Of a DNA stretch of 64,000 nucleotides, positions 50,571 to 58,344 are shown piece by piece. Location of the stretch: the NCBI GenBank assembly GCA_963611155.1, contig CAVDRA010000001.1, positions 590 to 64,589 of the forward strand. The letters run 5' to 3'. Under the pieces are notes generated by a model. It was given only the letters and a program-made list of their open reading frames with translations, was not told the DNA's origin and made no database searches. The stretch's first letter is position 1; every line of letters begins with the position of its first letter. The stretch is from a bacterium (GTDB lineage Bacteria > Spirochaetota > Spirochaetia > Treponematales > Treponemataceae). A program made the translations under genes and the position numbers.

Positions 50571-52691
50571 TTAAGATTTCTTTTTTCCTTTTGAAAGCCT
50601 TGCCGCATTAAGAACAGCGATAAAGCAGACTCCAACATCTCCGAAAACAGCAAGCCATAGATTTCCGATTCCTGTCGCGTTCAAAAGCATTATAAAGGCT
50701 TTTATTCCGATTGAGAAAACAATGTTCTGATAAACAACGCCCATTGTTTTTCTTGAGATTTTAATCGCATCAATAAGCCGGCTAGGCTTGTCATCCATAA
50801 TAACAACGTCAGCGGCTTCTATTGCAGCGTCGCTTCCAAAACCGCCCATTGCGACGCCTACATCTGCGCGCGCAAGAACAGGGCTGTCGTTTATTCCGTC
50901 TCCGACAAACATCAGGCTGTTTTTTCTTTTCCCTGATTTTTTTTCAAGAGATGTAATCAGCTCATCAACTTTTGAAACTTTACCTTCCGGAAGCAAGTCC
51001 GCATAAACATTGTCGATACCAAGCCGTTTTCTGACTATTTCAGCAGCAGGTTTCGCGTCTCCGGTAAGCATGACAGTTTCTTTTATATTGAGCTTTTTAA
51101 GCTTTGAAATAGTCTCTTTAGAATCTTCCTTTTCAGTATCGCTGATGATTATGTACCCGGCGTATTTTGAGTCAATCGCGACATGAACCACAGTTCCGAT
51201 TTTTTCAAGAGGAATATCATGAAAATCTCTGACTTCTTCGCTTTGCATTAACTTTGCGTTTCCTGCCAGAATTTTCTGTTTTCCTACCGTCGCTCTTATT
51301 CCTTTTCCGGAGACAACTTCCGCATCAAGAATTTCAAGATTTCCGCAAAGCGGGCACTGATGGGCTTTTCGCAGCGATTTCGAGATAGGATGATCAGAGT
51401 AGCTTTCAGCATGCGCCGCTGCCGCAAGAAGCTCTTCTTTTGAAAAACTTTTTTCAGGGCAGACTTCAGTCACGTTAAAAGTTCCCTTTGTAAGAGTTCC
51501 TGTCTTATCAAAAACAGCTATCTTAACCTTTGACAACGCTTCAATAAAGTTAGAGCCTTTAACAAGAACGCCTGCCACAGAAGCCCTTCCGATTCCGCAG
51601 AAAAACGACAGAGGAATTGATATTACGAGGGCGCAAGGACAAGAAACAACAAGGAACGAAAGCGCGCGGTAGACCCAAACAGGAAATCCGAAATTTCTGT
51701 AGACTTCAGGCGCGAAAAATTTCAGGACGACAGGCGGAATAAACGCCACCGCAAGCGCAAGAACACATACAATCGGAGTATATATTTTTGCGAATTTTGA
51801 TATGAATTTCTCGCTCCGGGCTTTTACAGCGCTTGCCTTCTCTGTGAGGTTCAGAATTCTCACAACTGCGCTTTCTCCGTATTCTTTTGTAACCTGAATT
51901 TTCACAGGGCTTATCCCGTTCACGAATCCGGAAAGAATTTCTGATTTTTCCCCGGCTGAAATTTCACGCGGAACGCTTTCGCCTGTCAGCGCCGATGTCT
52001 CTACAAATGATTTTCCCTCGATAACAAAGCCGTCAAGAGGAACTCTTTCTCCCGGACGAACCTCGATAATCTCTCCGACTTTAACATCTTCCGGACTTAC
52101 AGTCTCGACATTTCCGTTTCTAATTACATTCGCATGGTCAGGCCGAATATCCATAAGAGACCTGATTGAATCGCGAGATTTATCAACCGCGCAGTCCTGA
52201 AAAAATTCTCCGATCTGATAAAAAAGCATTACAGCGACAGCCTCGGGAAACTCGCCGACAAAAATCGCGCCGACGGCCGCAACAGACATCAAGAGCTGCT
52301 CGCCAAAAATGTTTCCCCTTCTGATGTTTTTGATTGCTCCTTTTATGACATCAAGTCCTGCGAGAATAAACGCCAGAAAACAAAACGCCGCGGAAACATA
52401 AGCCATTATTTCCGGAAGACTTTCCGGCAAAGAAGTGTCTTTTGAAAAAAAATCAAAATGCGCAGTAAGAACACCTGCCGCAAACAGCACCGCCGACAAA
52501 ATGATTTTTTTTAAGGAATGCTCTTCCTCCTCATCATTTTCTTCGCCGTCCTCGTCATGGCAGCACGCGCATTTTATTTTTTCCGAGTGTGCATGGTTGC
52601 ATACATGCACGCATGCATGCGTGCGCATTTTCTCTTCATGATTTTCACATTCACAAGTTTCTTCTGATTCATAAATATTCTCTTTCTTCAT
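50571..52691 (-). CDS. Heavy-metal (Zn/Cd) translocating P1B-type ATPase, CadA/ZntA-like
   Basis: His/Cys-rich N-terminus, LTGES, SCPCAL, DKTGTLT, HP, GDGINDSP. Confidence 0.93.
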   Translation of the reverse strand: MKKENIYESEETCECENHEEKMRTHACVHVCNHAHSEKIKCACCHDEDGEENDEEEEHSLKKIILSAVLFAAGVLTAHFDFFSKDTSLPESLPEIMAYVSAAFCFLAFILAGLDVIKGAIKNIRRGNIFGEQLLMSVAAVGAIFVGEFPEAVAVMLFYQIGEFFQDCAVDKSRDSIRSLMDIRPDHANVIRNGNVETVSPEDVKVGEIIEVRPGERVPLDGFVIEGKSFVETSALTGESVPREISAGEKSEILSGFVNGISPVKIQVTKEYGESAVVRILNLTEKASAVKARSEKFISKFAKIYTPIVCVLALAVAFIPPVVLKFFAPEVYRNFGFPVWVYRALSFLVVSCPCALVISIPLSFFCGIGRASVAGVLVKGSNFIEALSKVKIAVFDKTGTLTKGTFNVTEVCPEKSFSKEELLAAAAHAESYSDHPISKSLRKAHQCPLCGNLEILDAEVVSGKGIRATVGKQKILAGNAKLMQSEEVRDFHDIPLEKIGTVVHVAIDSKYAGYIIISDTEKEDSKETISKLKKLNIKETVMLTGDAKPAAEIVRKRLGIDNVYADLLPEGKVSKVDELITSLEKKSGKRKNSLMFVGDGINDSPVLARADVGVAMGGFGSDAAIEAADVVIMDDKPSRLIDAIKISRKTMGVVYQNIVFSIGIKAFIMLLNATGIGNLWLAVFGDVGVCFIAVLNAARLSKGKKKS

Positions 52692-52785
52692 ATTTCCTCC
52701 TTGATGTTTTTTGCAATTCGGCTTTTAAGAATTCTGCCGGTTTTTAAATAAAAAATTCCAAAAACTGCCGTTTCATTTTTTGCGG

Positions 52786-53106
52786 CTATTCTGAAATATG
52801 CTCAAGCCCCATATTCAAGATAGAAACAACATGCCCGTCGCTCAGAGAATAGACATTGCACTTTCCAGCCCGCTCAAATTTCACAAGATGATTTTCCTTT
52901 AAAATTCTTAGCTGATGGGAAATTGCCGACTGCTGAATTCCAAGTATTTCAACCATCTCGCTTACTGAAAGCGAATTGCTAAGCAGGCAAAACAAGATTT
53001 TTATTCTGGTTGAGTCCCCGAAAATCTTAAAAAGCTCGGAAATATCAGCAAGAGTGTCCTCGTCCGGCAATGACTCGAACAACTTGTTTTTCGCATCTTC
53101 TTCCAT
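52786..53106 (-). CDS. ArsR/SmtB-family metalloregulator
   Basis: ELFKIFGDSTRIKIL, QSAISHQLRILK, YSLSDGHV...LEH (alpha5-type site). Confidence 0.92.
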   Translation of the reverse strand: MEEDAKNKLFESLPDEDTLADISELFKIFGDSTRIKILFCLLSNSLSVSEMVEILGIQQSAISHQLRILKENHLVKFERAGKCNVYSLSDGHVVSILNMGLEHISE

Positions 53107-53198
53107 ATTTTCTCCTGTTAAAAATCAAAAATAATTTTTCAGCATGCCTGAGCTTGTTCAGGAACAAGCCCAACATATAAAATTTATACAAATAATAT

Positions 53199-53271
53199 TT
53201 CATATAAACAAAAATTCATATGAAATATTATTCATATGAACGATATTATATTTGTCTGCCATGTTTGTCAA
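53199..53271 (-). promoter_or_regulatory. Promoter with tandem ArsR/SmtB-type operators
   Basis: TTCATATGAA-ATATTA-TTCATATGAA (53215-53240) plus an overlapping imperfect copy (53199-53224), directly downstream of minus-strand TTGACA (53266-53271) and a TATAAT/TAATAT -10. Confidence 0.7.
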
Positions 53272-53455
53272 TTATCCGCTTCTTGAATTTTTCATGCATT
53301 TTTCTGTGATAATTATCTCTGCATAATTTAAAAACCGCTTTAGAAACAAAAATTTGCCGAAAAATAAAAAATTTTATATTTTGATAATATGCAGCCGCAG
53401 ATTTTTTTCATCAGCGGCTGCTTCAAAATTCTTAAATAAATATAGAGGGAAAAAT

Positions 53456-55423
53456 ATGGCTAAATATCAGTTCCAGACAGAAGTCAATCAGCTTCTTAAA
53501 TTGATTATTCATTCGATGTATTCAAACAAGGATATTTTCCTGCGCGAAATTGTTTCTAACGCTTCGGACGCCATCGACAAGCTCAACTACCTGATGGTCA
53601 GCGACGACGCTTACAAAAACGTCAAGACAGAACCGAAAATCGACATCAGTTTTAACGACATTGCAAAAGTGCTCACCGTTCAGGATTCGGGAATCGGCAT
53701 GAACGAAGATGACCTGAACAACAACCTCGGCACGATTGCCCGCTCCGGCACAAAGGCATTCATCGAAAAAATCGCCAGCGAAAAGAACGGCGGAGAATCA
53801 AACTTGATCGGACAGTTCGGCGTCGGTTTCTATTCCGCTTTCATGGCTGCAAAGGAAATCAACGTTTACACGCGCAAGGCAGCGACAGACAAAATCTACA
53901 AGTGGTCGAGCGACGGCACGAATTCCTACACAATCGAGGAAGTCAAGGCAGATTCCGACGAAGCTAAAAAATTCGGCTTTGACGCGGAAGGCGCACACGG
54001 AACTGCAATTGAAATGGTCCTGAACGACGACAGCAAAGATTACGCTTCACGCTGGAAGATTGAAGAACTCATCAAACGCTATTCAGACCACATCGCATTC
54101 CCGATTTACCTTCACTACACACAGAACAAATACGACGACAAAGGCAACGTTACCGGCAGCGAAAACAAGGTTGACCAGGTAAACAGCGCATCTGCCCTCT
54201 GGAAGCGCCCGAAATCTGAGCTCAAGGAAGAAGACTACAACGCTTTCTATAAAACAATCAGCCACGACGGACAGGATCCGCTGCACTACGTTCACACGCA
54301 CGCAGAAGGAACCCAGGAATACACGACGCTTTTCTATGTTCCGCAGCAGGCTCCATTCGACATGTATCAGGCAGACTACCAGAGCGGCGTAAAACTCTAC
54401 GTTAAGCGCGTATTCATCACGGACGACGACCGCGAACTCCTGCCGTCTTACCTGCGCTTCGTACGCGGAATCATCGACTCTGAAGACCTTCCTCTGAACG
54501 TAAGCCGCGAAATCCTCCAGCAGAACAGAATCCTCGACAGCATCAAGTCCGCTTCCGTTAAAAAACTCCTGAGCGAATTCAAGAAGATGGGAGAAGAAGC
54601 AGACAAGGCACGCAAGGCAGAAAAACCGACAGACGACGAAAAGAAAGCAATCGAAAAATGGAACAAATTTGTAGAAAACTTTAACCGCCCGATGAAGGAG
54701 GGACTTTATTCTGACTACGCAAACCGCGACGAAATCGCAGAAATCGTAAGATTCAAGTCAACCGACGACAGCGGCAACGGCGACGGAAAATGGACAAGCT
54801 TTAAAGACTATGTTTCAAGAATGAAGCCTGAACAGAAAGCAATCTACTACATCACCGGCAACAACGAGAAAAACCTCCGCGCAAGCCCGCTCCTCGAAGC
54901 CTACAAAAACAAGGGCTTTGAAGTCTTAATCATGGCAGACGACATTGACGACGTTGTAATTCCAAGCCTGATGAAATACAAGGACTATGAGCTCAAAGGC
55001 GTAAACCGCGCAGGTTCAGACGAAGAACTCGGAATTGACAAGGAAGAAGCCAAAAAGAGGGAAGAAGCCTTCAAGCCGGTTCAGGAAAAAATCAAGAAAG
55101 CGCTCGGCGAACGCATCAAGGACGCAGTGCTTTCAAAACGCCTGAGCGACAGCCCGTCATGCGTTGTAGTCGACGAAAACGATCCTGGAATCCAGATGGC
55201 AAGAATGATGCGCGCAATGGGACAGCCGGCTCCGGAAGTAAAGCCGATTCTCGAAATCAACGCAGAACATCCGATTGTAAAAACGCTCGAAACATCGGAC
55301 GATGAAAAATACATTGCCGATGTGTGCGAAGTCCTTCTCGACCAGGCATTGCTCGCAAGCGGCGCAGAACTTTCAAGCCCGACCGACTTCATCAAGGCAA
55401 TGAACAAGCTGATTGTAAAGTAA
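53456..55423 (+). CDS. htpG: Molecular chaperone HtpG (Hsp90)
   Basis: FQTEVNQLL, YSNKDIFLRE..SNASDA, NLGTIARSGT, IGQFGVGFYSAF, DLPLNVSREILQ, LEINAEHP. Confidence 0.97.
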   Translation: MAKYQFQTEVNQLLKLIIHSMYSNKDIFLREIVSNASDAIDKLNYLMVSDDAYKNVKTEPKIDISFNDIAKVLTVQDSGIGMNEDDLNNNLGTIARSGTKAFIEKIASEKNGGESNLIGQFGVGFYSAFMAAKEINVYTRKAATDKIYKWSSDGTNSYTIEEVKADSDEAKKFGFDAEGAHGTAIEMVLNDDSKDYASRWKIEELIKRYSDHIAFPIYLHYTQNKYDDKGNVTGSENKVDQVNSASALWKRPKSELKEEDYNAFYKTISHDGQDPLHYVHTHAEGTQEYTTLFYVPQQAPFDMYQADYQSGVKLYVKRVFITDDDRELLPSYLRFVRGIIDSEDLPLNVSREILQQNRILDSIKSASVKKLLSEFKKMGEEADKARKAEKPTDDEKKAIEKWNKFVENFNRPMKEGLYSDYANRDEIAEIVRFKSTDDSGNGDGKWTSFKDYVSRMKPEQKAIYYITGNNEKNLRASPLLEAYKNKGFEVLIMADDIDDVVIPSLMKYKDYELKGVNRAGSDEELGIDKEEAKKREEAFKPVQEKIKKALGERIKDAVLSKRLSDSPSCVVVDENDPGIQMARMMRAMGQPAPEVKPILEINAEHPIVKTLETSDDEKYIADVCEVLLDQALLASGAELSSPTDFIKAMNKLIVK

Positions 55424-55463
55424 GTTTATTTTTTGTTTTTAGCGGTCTGGAGAAACTCAAGGA

Positions 55464-55546
55464 GGGGAAAGACTTCCCCCCGCTCCAGCCGCTGTCGCGT
55501 CTTACGCTACCCCTTCTAGCGGGCTCAATCGCCGCCCGCAACGCCC
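55464..55546. repeat. Dispersed structured palindromic element, family A, copy 2
   Basis: GGGGAA-AGAC-TTCCCC...ACCCC...GCGGGC/GCCCGC-AACGCCC; same layout as 30617-30708. Confidence 0.7.
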
Positions 55547-55606
55547 GCTTTTGTGCTATTTTCTGTCCTACCTTCCAAATTTTATGATAAAATGTTTCCG
55601 TTTTTT

Positions 55607-55915
55607 TTACACTGGGACAGGAATCATATTATTAAAACGCAACGTTCCGTAAAGTTTTTTATCATTTCGCATATAAATTGTAAGTATGCTGCTTTTTTTA
55701 TTTTTCCAGTCTTAGGATCAAAATCTTTATCTTTAGGAGAAGACATGGGAATAAAAAAATTGTGACCGTTTATATTCTGAATTAAACCAAGATATTTTCT
55801 GCGATAAGTTCTGTCGGGTAATTCTTTATTCATCATAACATGAGGTTCTGTTTTTCTAAGATAGTTAATGTACTTGTCTGAAATAATGCTGAATCTATAG
55901 TCTATATTTTTCCAT
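55607..55915 (-). pseudogene. Type III toxin-antitoxin ToxN/AbiQ-family toxin, two frameshifts and C-terminally truncated
   Basis: Stitched translation: ME/NIDYRFSIISDKYINYLRKTEPHVMMNKELPDRTYRRKYLGLIQNINGHNFFIPMSSPKDKD...KIKK/SSILTIYMRNDKKLYGTLRFNNMIPVPV*. YINYLR, RKYLG, IPMSSPK and NNMIPVP are ToxN/AbiQ hallmarks. Confidence 0.85.
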
Positions 55916-55946
55916 AAAACAAGGCGACCTTATGAGCCGCCTTGTT
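55916..55946 (-). terminator. Intrinsic terminator between antitoxin repeats and toxin ORF
   Basis: Minus strand AACAAGGCGGCT-CATAA-GGTCGCCTTGTT-TT directly before the toxin ATG. Confidence 0.8.
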
Positions 55947-56051
55947 AAGTTCTCCAGTTGATGGTCGGAGTTTACCCAATTTTAAATTCTCCAGTTAGAG
56001 CCGGAGCTTGCTCAATTTAAGTTTTCCAGTTATGGCCGGAACTTACCCGCT
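55945..56051 (-). ncRNA. Type III antitoxin RNA (ToxI/AntiQ-like), about 3 pseudoknot repeats of 35-37 nt
   Basis: Repeat units start (plus-strand) at 55945, 55982 and 56017; core GGGT/GAGC-AAR-YTCCG-RCC/GCTC-..AACTGGARAAYTTAA; lies between promoter and terminator. Confidence 0.82.
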
Positions 56052-56057
56052 GACTAA

Positions 56058-56086
56058 AATATAGCAAGGATAGACAAAATCGCCAA
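56058..56086 (-). promoter_or_regulatory. Putative sigma70 promoter of the type III TA cassette
   Basis: Minus strand TTGGCG-17 nt-TATATT with an extended -10 TG, 6-7 nt before the first repeat. Confidence 0.6.
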
Positions 56087-56102
56087 ATAATCTGCTTATA
56101 AT

Positions 56103-56308
56103 CCGGACGATTTTTTTAAGCAGAAAATTGTATGGATTCGATTAATGAGGCTTTCAAAAAATGATATAGAAAATTTTCCTCGCTTTTGTTTTACGGAGTC
56201 GAAGTTTTTTGTTGTAGACAGCCTGTGCTCTTCTCTAATGAAGAAATATCTTTTATCAGAGAAGTTATCAAAAATAAACAGCAAGAGGTTCTAAATTCAA
56301 TAAAATAG
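56103..56308 (+). pseudogene. Remnant resembling a type IIG R-M / TaqI-like C-terminal specificity domain
   Basis: PDDFFKQKIVWIRLMRLSKNDIENFPRFCFTESKFFVVDSLC, then in another frame FSNEEISFIREVIKNKQQEVLNSIK*; no start codon. Confidence 0.5.
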
Positions 56309-56377
56309 CTATTTTATTTCAATATAACCAATTATATCTCGTTCCTGTTCGGTCAGTTTATACAAATCAAAAATCAT
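56309..56377 (-). pseudogene. Extreme C-terminal remnant of a convergent R-M methyltransferase/specificity gene
   Basis: MIFDLYKLTEQERDIIGYIEIK* matches the LY.LT..E...I tail typical of N6-methylase/type IIG proteins. Confidence 0.45.
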
Positions 56378-56550
56378 AGGGGTTCGTTTGCTTTTGCAGA
56401 AAATCGCCACAGTGCAGGGCAAGGAATAAAGGAAAGTGAGAATAGAAAAAAGAAACCGGTAAAAAAGTATTTTCTCCATTAAATGCAAAAGACACTCTGC
56501 TTGCCATTGATGACGAAACCAAAGAAAGTAAAATTTGAAAAAGTTCAATG

Positions 56551-56692
56551 CGAAAAATGCGATTACAGATAAGTTTAACACACTCAGTGATTGAGAGAGC
56601 CGCCCGAAGGCGCGCATTCTTCAATATGCTCTTTCTATAATTTGCGCCGCGGATGGCGCAGAAATGCAAGTTGACTCGCGGCAGGATGTCGC
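56551..56692. repeat. Dispersed composite palindromic element, family B, copy 2 (inverted)
   Basis: Reverse complement shares GCGACATCCTGCCGCGA, CATTTCTGCGCCATCCGYGGCGCAAATTATAGAAA and AAAYTTAYCTRTAATCGCATTTTTCG with 41833-42063. Confidence 0.8.
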
Positions 56693-56718
56693 CGCCGCCT
56701 TTGAACACTGCAATCTTT

Positions 56719-56872
56719 AAACATTTCGTTTACCGCCGACAAACGTTTTATTTAGCGGCGGTAATTTTTTTGTTTGCAGGCGATAAATCTTTTGTTTGCC
56801 GAAAGCAAACATTTTATTTGCTGTGTAAATTCCTTTTGTTTAGCCTCGGCAAAGTTTCCGTTTAACAGCTAA
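56719..56872. repeat. Degenerate 22-bp tandem repeat array (7 units)
   Basis: Units start at 56719, 56741, 56763, 56785, 56807, 56829 and 56851; RTTT at unit positions 10-13 in every unit. Confidence 0.75.
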
Positions 56873-57055
56873 ATTTATTTTATAAAAAAAATGTCTTTTT
56901 ATACTAAAACAATTCACAAAATTGTAAATTTCTACCATAAAATATATTGACAATTTTATAAAACGTTATTATTTTTTACTTAGATGCAATTTTCAGGAGA
57001 CGCGGAAATGCTCGCCGCGCAAAAAGAGAGTTTTTTTGTAAACGAGGTAAAACAA

Positions 57056-57463
57056 ATGGGAGTAACTGCTTTTGGAAAGGAACTAAGAAAGATGAGGATT
57101 GACGCTTCTGAAGTTCTCGGAACAATGGCAACAAAAATCGGAGTAAGTTCTGCTTACCTTTCTTCTATAGAAAACGGACAAAGAGACATACCCGACAGTC
57201 TTATTCCGGCACTGGCAAAAGCCTACGGCCTTTCTAAGGAAAAACAGGAAGAGCTGGAAGAGCTTAAGGCTCAGGTAAAGGGGGCGGTAGATGTAGATTT
57301 TAAGGATAAAAAGGATAATGCGGACTATGTAGAAACAGCCGTAATGTTCGCAAGAGATTTTTCAAAACTATCTGAAGAGCAAATTTTGATAATGAAAGGA
57401 CTGCTGGAAAAATTTAAGGCTGAGCAGTCGGGAGTTAATATTGCAGACAGAACAGGCGCATAA
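57056..57463 (+). CDS. XRE-family HTH regulator (ImmR-like)
   Basis: TAFGKELRKMRID...L..MA.KIGVSSAYLSSIENGQR.IP; GAGGT RBS before ATG 57056. Confidence 0.88.
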   Translation: MGVTAFGKELRKMRIDASEVLGTMATKIGVSSAYLSSIENGQRDIPDSLIPALAKAYGLSKEKQEELEELKAQVKGAVDVDFKDKKDNADYVETAVMFARDFSKLSEEQILIMKGLLEKFKAEQSGVNIADRTGA

Positions 57464-58088
57464 AAACAACACAGCGGAAAATATTAAAAATGAAGCGGAA
57501 GCTATTGTTCTTACGGACGACGGAATGCGTCTTGCCGCATTCTGGTCGAGGATTTTAAGCGGGTGCGGTTTTGACGGCAATTTTAATCCGCTGCATGTAA
57601 TGGAAAATGTAATTCCGATAATCGACAAGAGTTTCAACTATTGTGTCATAGAAAAAGAAACATGGATTTATGGAGAGCTCCTTCCCGCCTTCTATAGTCC
57701 AAACGAAAACACGATTTTCTTAAGATCTGATATTTACAGCAAAGCTCTTGCGAACGATGCATTTTCCTTGATTACGGTTACCCACGAGGTTACTCACAGC
57801 ATCCAGTCAATAATAATGCGCTTTTTGCGCTCTCTCGAATGTATCGAATTAAAGACAGAGTTCTGCAAAAACAATAGCCCAGAAATGCGCCGGCATGAGC
57901 ACCAGACCGACAGGCTCATGAATCTTGTGCTGAGCCCGGAAAGTCTTTTAAAAAACAAAAGCGATGAGGATATTGCTATGGAATATCTTGTAAAACCGCT
58001 CATGGGTTTTATGTGCTCAGTCATAAAATATTCTGGAAAAATGCTTCTTGAAGTTTTGAACGAAATTCAAATCCAAAAGAGCGCATAA
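57441..58088 (+). CDS. ImmA/IrrE-family metallopeptidase-like protein
   Basis: Y.P.ENTIFLRSDIY..A......ITVTHEVTH (HExxH) and a downstream EHQTD; overlaps the XRE gene. Confidence 0.72.
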   Translation: MQTEQAHKNNTAENIKNEAEAIVLTDDGMRLAAFWSRILSGCGFDGNFNPLHVMENVIPIIDKSFNYCVIEKETWIYGELLPAFYSPNENTIFLRSDIYSKALANDAFSLITVTHEVTHSIQSIIMRFLRSLECIELKTEFCKNNSPEMRRHEHQTDRLMNLVLSPESLLKNKSDEDIAMEYLVKPLMGFMCSVIKYSGKMLLEVLNEIQIQKSA

Positions 58089-58344
58089 GAATAAAGCTAA
58101 AAATATAAAAGGAGGAAGCGAATGCACGTCAGAATTGTATGCGGCTTGCAAAAAAAAAGAACCTAAAATCAACGGCAATTGATTTTAAGCCCTTGCAGAT
58201 AGAAACTAGATATTTCTAAACTAACAACAGCATTATCCTACTTTCTATCTGCGCTTTTTGCAAGCGTAACAAACATCAGTTTATTGATTTTTCTAAAAAT
58301 TTAATGCGCTACCGGTTAAAACAGGTAGAAGGAAGATAAGATAT

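Noticed and set aside
53199..53240. TTCATATGAA palindromes as additional parS sites
   Set aside because: They lack the TGT/ACA flanks and sit in the ArsR-family promoter, where they fit a metalloregulator operator.
55945..56051. 35-37 nt repeats as a CRISPR array
   Set aside because: Repeats are directly tandem with no unique spacers and no cas genes; the layout fits a type III antitoxin.
56719..56872. 22-bp array as a mini-CRISPR or coding repeat
   Set aside because: Variable parts are only about 9 bp, the cores are degenerate, and the period is not a multiple of 3.
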